Notes under the pieces: model-generated
Seen by the model: only the letters and a program-made list of their open reading frames with translations
The model's database searches: none
What the model was told of the DNA's origin: nothing
Assembly (NCBI RefSeq): GCF_000020225.1
Contig: NC_010655.1
Location: forward strand, 2,550,001 to 2,582,000
DNA from: Akkermansia muciniphila ATCC BAA-835
GTDB lineage: Bacteria; Verrucomicrobiota; Verrucomicrobiia; Verrucomicrobiales; Akkermansiaceae
DNA: 32,000 nt
Direction: 5' to 3'
Position numbers and translations under genes: made by a program
In this document: in pieces, positions 21,886-30,554 of the stretch
How positions within the stretch are numbered: position 1 is the stretch's first letter
Layout: each line of letters opens with the position of its first letter

Positions 21886-24795
21886 ATGACAATCCCTCCT
21901 CCCCCTGCCCTGCCGCCCCATTTCAACATAGGCGGCTACAAAATCACGGCGCTTGTAGAAAGCGGTCCGGACTATCATCTGTACCAGGCTCTTTCCCCGG
22001 AAGGCCATGCCGTCCTGATACGCGAATTCTGCCCCCGGGGCCTCGTTACGCGTGACCTGGCCAGCGGAGAACTGGCTGTCTCTCCGGAAAATGAATCCCA
22101 ATTCGCCCAGGCCCGGGAAGCTTTTGAAACCCAATACGCAGCCAATGCAGAAGGCAAGCTGAGGGGATTCGGCACCGTGCTCTTCCTTTACCCGCTTTCT
22201 CCGGCGCAGCCCCAGCCGGCTGCAGCGCATGCCCAGGCTCTCCGCCCCGCAAAAAAACCGCAGCAACCGCAACTGCGGAAACCCGTAGTCGGCGCCGCCA
22301 TCCCCGGAACGCCGCTGCCGCGGGTAAAGCACTCCGGAGGGTTTCCGGTCATCCCGGTCATTGTGACCGGGATGCTCGCCCTCTTCGGATTTCTGGGCTA
22401 CCAGATACTCAAGGATAAAGAAGAACCCGTCGCTAAAGCCGTTACCGTGCCCGTACCGGCTCCGCCCAAACCCAAACCCAAGCCCGCTCCGCCAAAACCG
22501 GAGCCCGTGGTGGTCACTCCTGAACCGGAACCCGTGGTGGTCGCTCCCGAACCGGAACCGGAGCCTGAACCGGAGCCGCCTGCTCCCGACCTTTCCCCCT
22601 CCCCGGAAGTCATTGCCATGGAAAAGGCTTTACGGGAGGAAGCTATCGCGTCCAAAGGGAAATTTTCTGAAAAACTGTTGAATAAATATCCCCATTACGC
22701 GGAAGCCTACGTACGGGATTACGTGAAAAAACGCGGAGGCAGTTTTTCTCCGGATTTTGAAAAATGGCTGAAAAACACGAAAAACAATCGTGAAGTCTTC
22801 GCCATGTTCTTCCCGCCGGACCCCAGCGTCGCCACCAATGTGGCTTTCATGATTGATGAACTGGGGCTGGAAACAACGGAAAAATATGACCAGCTCGTTC
22901 TGGCGTTCGCAGTAGGACGCCGCGAATTCGGCATGGGAGCCTTCGACCTTACCCATCAGGGCCGTTACGTTGATGCCCTGGGCAAGCTGAATGATCTGAG
23001 ATCCTCCGGAGTCATGCCTCCGCCAGCGGACCTGTACTGCGCCGGGAAACCGCCCGTCAACTGGTATGGGAACGCCCCCCGCACCGTGGATGAGGAATGC
23101 TACAAAAAGGTGGAAGCCTATCTGGACCGCAAAAAAATTACCCCCAAGCAGGCCTGGCTCAGGAAATACCCCACCGTCTCGGAAATTGGGGACTCCGCCA
23201 TTACGGAAGACAACCTGGCCGGCTTTCTGCACGAATACATGTACCGCCACGGCCAGCTGAGGCGCAAGAGGGATCCCTTCCCCACTCCGGTGGAATTCTT
23301 TTCCTACCTGGTGGATAAATATGAACATTGCGGTGATTTGCGCGACGTGGACCGCAAGCGTGTGGAATGGACCGGCGTCTCCCTGGAAGGAACGCCCTGG
23401 CCGGCCATGATGGCCCTTTCGGAAACGCGCCCTCTGCGTGAGTGCGACAGCGTGTGGGAACGCTACATGGGCCAGCGGGGCCCGACCCGCCTGTGGCTGT
23501 ACGGCCCCTACCGGGCGGATGACGATAAGGAACCGCCCATCCTGTTCAGCTTTGACCCGGATCCGGAATGGTCCAGGGAATCCAATGAACGCAAGCTCCA
23601 TGAAGGCGGCGTGTGCGGCACCATGTCCCTTATCTCCCGCAATTCCCAGATCGCGCGCGGCATTCCCGCCGCCCCCGCCGGGCAGCCTGGCCACGGCAAC
23701 CTGATGACCACCCATTTCACCGGCAACGGCTGCTGGCTGAGCGTGGGACAAAGTGTGGACACCCTGAAAGCCACCACGGGATTCTGGTACTTCCGGGATT
23801 CCAACGCACCGCGCACTGGCAATGCGGAATACCAGTCTGGACTGGCCCTGTCCATGAATATCGACTATGAAAAGTTCATCGACAGCCGATTCGCCATGAA
23901 CATTTACAAACTGGCGGCCACCGGCTCCTCCACGGAAGAGACGGCCGACCCTTCCGCCACGCTCCCCAAGGAATTCACGCAGACCGCCATGAGGACCGTG
24001 CTCAAGGCCAACCCGTTCTACACGGAAGCCTGGTACACGCTCTTCAAGCAGGAACCCCAGGACCTCATGGGAGCCACCAAGATGGTGGATGAAGTGAGGG
24101 AGGCCCTGCCGGACGGCATGGGCATCAGAAAACTCTGGAAAACGCGCAAATACGTTTCCTCCGTAGGCCGCGGCGACAAAAACGGCAAGGACATGCTGGC
24201 CAACCATGCCAGGGAATACGTCAATGTGCTCTGCTCCGTGATTCTGGAAAATGCCCTGAAACAGGAATATGACTATAAGACCTTCCAGTGGGCCGAACTC
24301 ATGTCCTGGCTCAAGTCTGAATCCAAACGCAACTCCTACCCGGAGCCTCAGGCCGCCTATCAGATAGCGTATGCCAAGGCCCAGGGCACGGACAGGCTCA
24401 AAAGAACCGTAGACAGGGGATTCAAGAAAGCCCTCAATTTCTACCGGGACGACAGCAACGCCCTGAAGGAACCCAAGGATGTGGATCAGGAGGAAATGTC
24501 CTTTTCCCTGGCCGCCCTGTGCCAGGCCCTGCCCAAGGAAGAACTGATCCCCTGGATGAAAAACATGCTGGACACCTGTCCGGACGGGTTCAAATACAAG
24601 CCCAAAAATAAGAAGGAAACGAAAATCCACCCCTTCTACGACGCCCTGACGAAAAACTACATGTCTCTGGCTGACGGTTCGGAAAAATCCCGCGTCAAGT
24701 CGGAAATGAAAGAGGCTTCCGACAGAATTCTGGAGCTTTCCCAGGACAAGAAAGGCGATGGGAATGGGTCCTCCGGACGCCGCCGGAGACGCTGA
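21886..24795 (+). CDS. Large single-pass membrane protein carrying the same N-terminal cytoplasmic module as the 13622 gene
   Basis: 969-aa ORF. The N-module (aa 1-105) is collinear with the 13622 protein. A TM helix follows (FPVIPVIVTGMLALFGFLGYQIL), then a PKPKPKP / PEPVVV(T/A)PE x2 / (PE)4 linker, then an ectodomain of about 730 aa. That ectodomain contains GGVCGTMSLISRNSQIARGIPAAPAGQPGHGNL...SVD, a transglutaminase-like Cys-His-Asp spacing with C577, H603 and D625. The tail is basic (GRRRRR). Confidence 0.9.
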   Translation: MTIPPPPALPPHFNIGGYKITALVESGPDYHLYQALSPEGHAVLIREFCPRGLVTRDLASGELAVSPENESQFAQAREAFETQYAANAEGKLRGFGTVLFLYPLSPAQPQPAAAHAQALRPAKKPQQPQLRKPVVGAAIPGTPLPRVKHSGGFPVIPVIVTGMLALFGFLGYQILKDKEEPVAKAVTVPVPAPPKPKPKPAPPKPEPVVVTPEPEPVVVAPEPEPEPEPEPPAPDLSPSPEVIAMEKALREEAIASKGKFSEKLLNKYPHYAEAYVRDYVKKRGGSFSPDFEKWLKNTKNNREVFAMFFPPDPSVATNVAFMIDELGLETTEKYDQLVLAFAVGRREFGMGAFDLTHQGRYVDALGKLNDLRSSGVMPPPADLYCAGKPPVNWYGNAPRTVDEECYKKVEAYLDRKKITPKQAWLRKYPTVSEIGDSAITEDNLAGFLHEYMYRHGQLRRKRDPFPTPVEFFSYLVDKYEHCGDLRDVDRKRVEWTGVSLEGTPWPAMMALSETRPLRECDSVWERYMGQRGPTRLWLYGPYRADDDKEPPILFSFDPDPEWSRESNERKLHEGGVCGTMSLISRNSQIARGIPAAPAGQPGHGNLMTTHFTGNGCWLSVGQSVDTLKATTGFWYFRDSNAPRTGNAEYQSGLALSMNIDYEKFIDSRFAMNIYKLAATGSSTEETADPSATLPKEFTQTAMRTVLKANPFYTEAWYTLFKQEPQDLMGATKMVDEVREALPDGMGIRKLWKTRKYVSSVGRGDKNGKDMLANHAREYVNVLCSVILENALKQEYDYKTFQWAELMSWLKSESKRNSYPEPQAAYQIAYAKAQGTDRLKRTVDRGFKKALNFYRDDSNALKEPKDVDQEEMSFSLAALCQALPKEELIPWMKNMLDTCPDGFKYKPKNKKETKIHPFYDALTKNYMSLADGSEKSRVKSEMKEASDRILELSQDKKGDGNGSSGRRRRR
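22465..22578 (+). repeat. In-frame tandem repeats encoding a Pro-Lys / Pro-Glu linker
   Basis: (ccc aaa/aag)x3 at 22465-22485. Two imperfect 27-nt units follow: ccggagcccgtggtggtcactcctgaa (22498-22524) and ccggaacccgtggtggtcgctcccgaa (22525-22551). Then (ccg gaa/gag)x4 at 22552-22578. Confidence 0.9.
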
Positions 24796-24807
24796 TTCCC
24801 CGCTTCC

Positions 24808-25917
24808 GTGCACCTCTACGTCCACATTCCTTTCTGCCACCGTATTTGCCCGTACTGCGCTTTCTTCAAGCACACGCCGGCCTCCACGGACATGAAATCA
24901 TTCATCCGTGCTCTGGGCAGGGAGGCGGAATCCCGCGCAGCCGCTCTGGCCACAAACCGCGGAGGGGAAACGGCTACGCTTTATTTTGGCGGGGGTACTC
25001 CCTCCATGCTCTCGGACACGCATCTGGGGCATTTTATGGAAACCCTGGATCGTCTCGTGCCCGTGGACAAACTGGACGAATTCTCCTTTGAGGCCAACCC
25101 CGCCACCTTTACGGAAAAAAAAGTGCGCTTTTGGCGCAGCCTGGGCATGACACGTGTCTCCCTGGGCGTGCAGTCCCTGGATTCCGGCATCCTGCATCTG
25201 CTGGGGCGCGAACATACCCCGGCCCAGGCTCTGCACTCCGTGGAAATGCTGAAAAATGCGGGAATGCCCCATATCAACATGGATCTCATGTTCGCCATTC
25301 CGGGGCAAACCCTCTCCATATGGGAAGCCACCCTGAAGGAAGCTGTCCGCGCCGGAACGGACCATATCTCCGCCTACAACCTCACCTATGAAGAAGACAC
25401 GGAATTCTTCCGGAGCCTGCTGAGGGGAGAGAAAAGGCAGGATCCGGACGAAGACGCCGCCTTTTTTGAACTGGCGGAACACATGCTGGAGGCGGCAGGC
25501 TTGCGCCACTATGAAACCTCCAACTACGCCCGGGAGGGCTGCATCTCCCCCCACAACATGGCCTACTGGAAGGGAGAGGACTATGTGGGCATAGGGCCTG
25601 GCGCGGTCAGCACCATCAACGGCATACGGTACTCCAACACGCGGGATACGGACGCCTACATACGCAGCACGCTGGAAAACGGCCTCCCCCTTTCCGAACA
25701 GGAACCCGTCACCGAGGAAGACTACCGCTTGGAACGCATTGCCCTGATGCTCCGGACGGATGAAGGATTGCCGCTGAAATACATTCTGCCGGAATCCCGT
25801 CCTCTGCTGGAACAATACCGGGAACTGGGCTTGGCGGACATTTCCCCGGAACAAAGGTTCATCCTGAAAGGCCGCGGACGCCTGCTCGTGGACGCCATCG
25901 CAGCGGAACTGTGCTGA
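24808..25917 (+). CDS. hemW: Radical SAM HemN-like protein (heme chaperone HemW / coproporphyrinogen III oxidase-like)
   Basis: GTG start 12 nt after the upstream stop. The N-terminus (M)HLYVHIPFCHRICPYCAFF carries the CxxxCxxC radical-SAM cluster motif in the HemN/HemW context, followed by GGGTPS and ...SAYNLTYEE.T.F. Confidence 0.88.
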   Translation: MHLYVHIPFCHRICPYCAFFKHTPASTDMKSFIRALGREAESRAAALATNRGGETATLYFGGGTPSMLSDTHLGHFMETLDRLVPVDKLDEFSFEANPATFTEKKVRFWRSLGMTRVSLGVQSLDSGILHLLGREHTPAQALHSVEMLKNAGMPHINMDLMFAIPGQTLSIWEATLKEAVRAGTDHISAYNLTYEEDTEFFRSLLRGEKRQDPDEDAAFFELAEHMLEAAGLRHYETSNYAREGCISPHNMAYWKGEDYVGIGPGAVSTINGIRYSNTRDTDAYIRSTLENGLPLSEQEPVTEEDYRLERIALMLRTDEGLPLKYILPESRPLLEQYRELGLADISPEQRFILKGRGRLLVDAIAAELC

Positions 25918-26037
25918 CGGATAGTTTTTCCGCCTCAGAGATCAGCAGTCTGCGGAATCCGGTGCGAACCGGACACTGGAATAAGCGGGCATGGGCTACT
26001 TTGTTCCCTGATTTTCAATATCCAAGGAGCATCCCGC

Positions 26038-26058
26038 AAAAAAAAGATACCGGTATCT
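26038..26058 (-). terminator. Candidate rho-independent terminator read on the minus strand
   Basis: Palindrome agataccggtatct (26045-26058) is flanked by A8 on the + strand (26038-26045), which reads as a hairpin followed by U8 on the minus strand. It is about 155 nt downstream of the 26213 stop. The stem is short (5-6 bp), so confidence is moderate. Confidence 0.4.
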
Positions 26059-26212
26059 GCGTATTCGGATGTTGTTTTTTCATCCCGGCTCTTTGGGAAA
26101 GGGATTTCTTTTTGTGACCGTACGGCTCTCTGCAAAAAGATTCCATGCAACAGGAATTTCAGCAAGGGGCGCTTCACAAAAACAATACTTCACGCCGGCA
26201 ACACCCACGTAT

Positions 26213-26992
26213 CTAATCAATTTGGAACTGGCGTGCCATTTTTTTCAACCACCAGTCCCGGTGCCTCATCTCGTCCCGGCTGCGTTCCAGTTCCCGAAGC
26301 TCGCTGCCCCGCATCCCTCCCTTCATGTAGCGTTCATCCAGCTTGCGCGCCTCCGCACGGGTATCTTTCCGCAGAGCTTTGTAAAACTGGGCCCCCGTCA
26401 CCAGCCCGCCGGCTGCACCGCTCCGACCCACCAGGTTCATGTAAAGTTTCTTCAGCCTGTTGTAATCCTCCACCACCTGGTTATATTTCAAAGCGGCGTA
26501 CTGGTAACGCTCCTTCCAGTCCTCCGGCCCCGGATTGACCAGACGGTCATCCAGAGAACCGGGAACCGGCGCGGAAGACGGGGATGCCAGTCCTCCGGAG
26601 GATAATGGCGTAAGCGGCGGAGGCTGGGGAACGGGCTTGCGGCTTGTCTTGGGAATACCGCCGACCGTCACGGAAAGGGGGGAGCGTTCCTCCAGCAGAG
26701 CGTCCATGCGTGCCTGTTCCAACGTTTCCCGCAGATGGGCACGTTCTTTCTGCAGGGACGCGTTCAAGTCGCGTTCTTCTGAAAGCGACTGCTTCAGCGA
26801 CCGCATGCCGCCGGACATTTCCGAGTAAACCAGCGCATAAGCCCCGATGCACCCCAGCAGAAAGCCCAGGCCCAGCATGATGCCCCTTTCTCGCCACGGT
26901 CCAGGACTGCGTTCCGGAGCCGGTTCCGGAATGTCCGGTTCCGGCTCATGGGAAACAGTCAGGTAATGTTCCAGAGGGCCCTCGTCAGGCAT
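26213..26992 (-). CDS. Hypothetical single-pass membrane protein with coiled-coil and Pro-rich segments
   Basis: 259-aa ORF with ATG at 26992, 36 nt downstream of the serS stop on the same strand. It has an acidic/Pro N-terminus, a TM helix (IMLGLGFLLGCIGAYALVY), a heptad-like charged stretch (SLKQSLSEERDLNASLQKERAHLRETLEQARMDALLEE), a Pro-rich linker and a basic helical C-terminal domain. No recognisable family. Confidence 0.72.
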   Translation of the reverse strand: MPDEGPLEHYLTVSHEPEPDIPEPAPERSPGPWRERGIMLGLGFLLGCIGAYALVYSEMSGGMRSLKQSLSEERDLNASLQKERAHLRETLEQARMDALLEERSPLSVTVGGIPKTSRKPVPQPPPLTPLSSGGLASPSSAPVPGSLDDRLVNPGPEDWKERYQYAALKYNQVVEDYNRLKKLYMNLVGRSGAAGGLVTGAQFYKALRKDTRAEARKLDERYMKGGMRGSELRELERSRDEMRHRDWWLKKMARQFQID

Positions 26993-27028
26993 GGGCTGAT
27001 TCAGGGTTGGGACGGGAAAAACGCAGGT

Positions 27029-28309
27029 TCAAGCCTGTTCAGGACGGATGCAGTCCGCGCCGAAATACGGCACAAGCGCCTCCGGAATCCGGATGGAGCC
27101 GTCCGGCTGCTGGTAAGTTTCCAGAAGGGCCACATACAGCCGCGGCAGAGCCGTGCCGGAACCGTTCAGGGTGTGGCAGAACTGGTTCTTGCCGTCGGCA
27201 TCCTTGTAACGCAGGCGCATGCGGCGCGCCTGGTAGTCCGTAAAGCAGGAACAGGAAGAAACTTCCAGATACTGCCCCTGTCCCGGAGCCCATACTTCAA
27301 TATCATACGTCTTGGCGGAGGAAAAACCGAGGTCTCCCGTGCAGAGCTCAATCACCCGGTAATGCAGCCCCAGTTTTTGAAGGATGGATTCCGCATGGCT
27401 GCGGAGCACTTCCAGCTCCCGGAAGGAGTCTTCCGGCTTTAAAATCTGCACCAGTTCCACCTTGTCAAACTGGTGGACGCGGATCATACCGCGGTTGATG
27501 CGGCCGGCGCTTCCGGCTTCCCGGCGGAAGCAGGGCGTGTACGCGGCCATCTTGATGGGCAGGTCGCTTTCCTGTAAAATGGTATCCCGGTACAGGTTGG
27601 TGACCGGCACTTCCGCCGTAGGAATCAGGAACATCTGCTGGTCTTCCGTGCCGTACATGTCTTCCTCAAATTTAGGAAGCTGGCCGGTGCCTTCCATGCA
27701 CTCCCTTTTCACCACAAAAGGAACGCCCACTTCCTGATAACCGTTTTCCACGGTCTGCGTATTCAGCAGGAAGTTGATCAGGGCACGTTCCAGACGGGCG
27801 CCCGCCCCACGGTACACCACAAAACCGGAGCCCGTAATCCGTGCTCCGTCTTCAAAGGAAATCATGCCCAGATTCGCGGCCAGTTCCACATGGTCCTTCG
27901 GGTTTTCAATAGCGGGCTTTTCTCCCCAAAGCTTGATTTCCGGGTTGGCCGTTTCATCCGCACCCACGGGGCATTCCAGGTGCGGCAGGTTGGGAATGTT
28001 CATCAGCAGGGAGGTGAGCTGGGCTGCATTTTCCTCCGCGACACGGTCCAGTTCCCGGATGCGGTCCCCGATTTCGCGCACGCGCGCTTCAATGGAGGAA
28101 GTGTCTTCCCCTTTCTTCTTGAGCATGCCGATCTGCTTGGAGGTGGCATTGCGCTCGGACTGCAGGGCCTGCTTTTCCGTCTCGGCATTGCGGCGCGCTT
28201 CATCGCAGGCCAGAACGTCATCAACAAGCTTCCACGCGTCGCCGCTGCGGGGCTTTAGCCGCGCTTTCACTTCTTCCGGATTTTCTCGTATTACACGGAT
28301 GTCGAGCAT
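27029..28309 (-). CDS. serS: Serine--tRNA ligase
   Basis: Starting at ATG 28309 gives MLDIRVIRENPEEVKARL... (coiled-coil tRNA-binding arm). Class II motifs are present (...YTPCFRREAGS.G...RG.IRVHQF.KVE..., ...SSCS.C.DYQARR..., ...HTLNGSG.A..R). The listed 887-aa ORF is an upstream extension antisense to the dehydrogenase gene. Confidence 0.95.
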   Translation of the reverse strand: MLDIRVIRENPEEVKARLKPRSGDAWKLVDDVLACDEARRNAETEKQALQSERNATSKQIGMLKKKGEDTSSIEARVREIGDRIRELDRVAEENAAQLTSLLMNIPNLPHLECPVGADETANPEIKLWGEKPAIENPKDHVELAANLGMISFEDGARITGSGFVVYRGAGARLERALINFLLNTQTVENGYQEVGVPFVVKRECMEGTGQLPKFEEDMYGTEDQQMFLIPTAEVPVTNLYRDTILQESDLPIKMAAYTPCFRREAGSAGRINRGMIRVHQFDKVELVQILKPEDSFRELEVLRSHAESILQKLGLHYRVIELCTGDLGFSSAKTYDIEVWAPGQGQYLEVSSCSCFTDYQARRMRLRYKDADGKNQFCHTLNGSGTALPRLYVALLETYQQPDGSIRIPEALVPYFGADCIRPEQA

Positions 28310-28669
28310 AACGCGCACAGCTTGCACTCCATCCCCCCGCCACGCAAGCCAAATGAACGGCCTTCCATGGAAAAACGTTACCCTTTCACGGAAAAACGCT
28401 GCGCGCAGAGGCATGCTTTCCCGAATGCCGCCCCTTTCCGGAAACTGCCGTTTTTCCCGTGTCAGACAATGATTTTTTTCCTTCTCAGGAAAACCGTACA
28501 GCAGGAGGACCGGACTCTCCATGTTTCCGGGAATCATGGACATCCGGCGCCAGGGTGCATTACAGGAAGGACCGGGAAGGAACTTCCCCCCGGTTCCAAC
28601 AGGCGGAGTTCCTTTCATCACTATTTGTTCTTGAAGAATCCGGGCGGCAAAGGATAGTGTAAGGGCATC

Positions 28670-29791
28670 ATGCAACAAACCGCACGCGCCGCTGTCCTGA
28701 CAGCACCAAAGACATTTGAAATCCGTGAATATCCCATTCCCGCCATCGGAGACGATGAAATGCTGATCAAGGTGGAAGCCTGCGGCGTTTGCGGAACGGA
28801 CGGCCACGAATACAACCGGGACCCCTTCGGCCTCTGCCCCGTGGTCCTGGGCCATGAAGGCACCGGGGAAATCGTCGCCATGGGCAGGAATATCACTAAA
28901 GACACCGCCGGAAATCCCGTAGCGCTGGGGGACAAGATCGTCACCTGCATCATTCCCTGCGGCACCTGTGACGCCTGCCTGAATACTCCGGCCCGCACCA
29001 ACCTGTGCGAAAATGTGGGCGTGTATGGCCTGATGCCTGACGACGACGTGCATCTGAACGGCTACTTCGGGGAGTACCTCGTCATCCGCAAGGGCTCCAC
29101 ATTTTTCAATGTTTCCGGCATGACGCTGGACCAGCGCATTCTGGTGGAACCCGCCGCAGTGGTGGTCCATTCCCTGGAACGCGCCAAGTCCACCGGGCTC
29201 CTCAAGTTCAATTCTGTGGTTCTCGTGCAGGGCTGCGGCCCCATCGGCCTTCTTCAAATCGCCACGCTGCGCACGCTGGGCATTGAAACCATCATCGCTG
29301 TGGACGGCAATGACTCCCGCCTGGAACTGGCCAGGGAAATGGGAGCCTCCCGCACGTATAACTTCACCCGGTACGCGGATCTGAACGAACTGCTGGATGC
29401 CGTGAAAAAGGACAACGGCGGCCGCCTGGCGGACTTCGTCTTTCAGTGCACGGGCGTAGGCAAGGCCGGGGCCAACGCCTGGAAGTTCGTGAAGCGCGGC
29501 GGCGGCCTGTGCGAAGTGGGCTTTTTCATGGATGGAGGGGAAAGCGTTATCAACCACCATTACGACCTCTGCAACAAGGAGGTAACCGCCGTAGGCTCCT
29601 GGGTGTACTCCCCGCAGGACTACCCGACCACATTCGACTTTCTGAAGCGAGCCTACGGCATCGGCCTGCCGCTGACCAAGCTGATCTCCCACCGCTTCAA
29701 GCTGGATGAAATCGCGGAAGCCCTGGAAACCAACGTCCAGATGAAAGGCATCAAGATTGCCGTCATTTGTAATTGCAGTAAAAATATATAA
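28670..29791 (+). CDS. Zn-dependent medium-chain dehydrogenase/reductase (alcohol/polyol dehydrogenase family)
   Basis: Catalytic-zinc signatures VEACGVCGTDGHEY and GHEGTGEIV. A structural-zinc Cys cluster (CIIPCGTCDACL...C) and a Rossmann motif VLVQGCGPIGL are present. The last roughly 9 codons (ICNCSKNI*) are encoded by AT-rich DNA continuous with the downstream islet. Confidence 0.9.
   Translation: MQQTARAAVLTAPKTFEIREYPIPAIGDDEMLIKVEACGVCGTDGHEYNRDPFGLCPVVLGHEGTGEIVAMGRNITKDTAGNPVALGDKIVTCIIPCGTCDACLNTPARTNLCENVGVYGLMPDDDVHLNGYFGEYLVIRKGSTFFNVSGMTLDQRILVEPAAVVVHSLERAKSTGLLKFNSVVLVQGCGPIGLLQIATLRTLGIETIIAVDGNDSRLELAREMGASRTYNFTRYADLNELLDAVKKDNGGRLADFVFQCTGVGKAGANAWKFVKRGGGLCEVGFFMDGGESVINHHYDLCNKEVTAVGSWVYSPQDYPTTFDFLKRAYGIGLPLTKLISHRFKLDEIAEALETNVQMKGIKIAVICNCSKNI
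29779..29790 (+). repeat. Left copy of 12-nt direct repeat TAAAAATATATA flanking the AT-rich islet
   Basis: Read directly: taaaaatatata at 29779-29790, overlapping the last codons of the dehydrogenase CDS. An identical copy is at 30543-30554. The AT-rich context raises the chance-match probability. Confidence 0.5.
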
Positions 29792-29833
29792 GTAAAAAAT
29801 AACTCCATAAGATAATCCATGGAAAATATTTTT

Positions 29834-30475
29834 CTATTTATGTTGCTTTTTCCCTTTATTTAAAAATATCAAATAAAAAATAACAAGAACCAAACAAATC
29901 ATAATCACTGTAATTGTTAAAATGTATGATTCTTTAAAAAATCTAAACAAACGAGGTAAAAATGGTATAATAAATCCAAACAAAGCCGATACTCCTCCTA
30001 ACATGAGGCTAACATTCAAATGAAAAGACTCATCCAATAGATCCTCTAAATCATTTAAATCTAATGATTTTATACTACATCGAGCCTTTTTCACTTTTTC
30101 CATATACAAACTTAAATCTTCTAAATATTTCTGCTTTTGATCACCAGAAACATAAACATTACCTATTATTTCTTTTATTAATTCTTCACAGACCACAACC
30201 ACATCATACAATTCCTCCTTTTTCACAGAAAATTCACGGGCTGCAGCAGAAATAATAGCGTTAACTATTTGATAATCCGGCAATCCTTTATCTACCACAT
30301 ATGCTTTTAAAAAATCAATAACTTGTTTATTAGCACTATGTACTGAATTGATATAATTCCTCTTATCCTTCCTTTGCAAAAGCCATCTTGTTACATAAAA
30401 TACTATAAATCCGCTAATAATCCCTCCCCCTATCCCAGAGGTCCAAGGGTTTTCTAAAAAAGATTGCACATCCAT
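29834..30475 (-). CDS. Orphan 3-TM membrane protein encoded in the AT-rich islet
   Basis: The ORF is open from the TTG at 30484, and the first ATG is at 30475 (MDVQSFLENPW...). It has an N-terminal TM (GIGGGIISGFIVFYVTRWLL), a charged soluble region of about 130 aa, two C-terminal TMs (VSLMLGGVSALFGFIIPFL and ILTITVIMICLVLVIFYLIFL) and a Lys-rich tail. Codon usage (AAA/AAT/ATT/TTA) is unlike every other gene in the window. No motif recognised. Confidence 0.7.
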   Translation of the reverse strand: MDVQSFLENPWTSGIGGGIISGFIVFYVTRWLLQRKDKRNYINSVHSANKQVIDFLKAYVVDKGLPDYQIVNAIISAAAREFSVKKEELYDVVVVCEELIKEIIGNVYVSGDQKQKYLEDLSLYMEKVKKARCSIKSLDLNDLEDLLDESFHLNVSLMLGGVSALFGFIIPFLPRLFRFFKESYILTITVIMICLVLVIFYLIFLNKGKKQHK

Positions 30476-30542
30476 ATCTTTCAAGGAAAGGTCAGATAAT
30501 AAAAAATGTCAACAAGTATTTTCCAAATACCAAATTTTTGTA

Positions 30543-30554
30543 TAAAAATATATA
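30543..30554 (+). repeat. Right copy of 12-nt direct repeat TAAAAATATATA flanking the AT-rich islet
   Basis: Read directly: taaaaatatata at 30543-30554, 8 nt from the aguB stop codon (30562-30564). Confidence 0.5.

Noticed and set aside
22465-22578. Short periodic repeats considered as a possible CRISPR or mobile-element signature
   Set aside because: The units are 6-27 nt, contiguous with no spacers, in frame and inside a long CDS. They are a coding Pro-rich linker, not a CRISPR array.
22630-24873. 747-aa stop-free ORF on the minus strand
   Set aside because: It is exactly antisense to the 21886-24795 gene. Its translation is Gly/Ala/Arg/Val/His/Phe-rich with no motifs, whereas the sense frame has a signal-anchor, a structured repeat linker and conserved paralogy. 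Long antisense open frames are expected where sense codons avoid TTA/CTA/TCA in GC-rich genomes.
24898-25854. 318-aa minus-strand ORF
   Set aside because: It is antisense to hemW, whose radical-SAM CxxxCxxC motif identifies the sense frame.
25918-26212. Small ORFs 25911-26117 (+) and 25935-26177 (-) and minor hairpins after hemW
   Set aside because: The ORFs are short, mutually overlapping and featureless. The hairpins (ccggt-gcga-accgg and similar) are only 5 bp. Only the palindrome plus A8/U8 at 26038-26058 is kept, as a candidate terminator.
27018-27040. GGTTCAAGCC, a T-loop-like string suggesting a tRNA
   Set aside because: No acceptor, D or anticodon arms can be drawn around it. It lies across the serS stop codon (the 3' end of serS and the adjacent spacer to the 26992 gene).
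28310-29692. N-terminal 461-aa extension of the listed 887-aa serS ORF
   Set aside because: The canonical SerRS N-terminus (MLDIRVIRENPEEV) starts at 28309. The extension is antisense to the Zn-dehydrogenase gene and crosses its promoter region.
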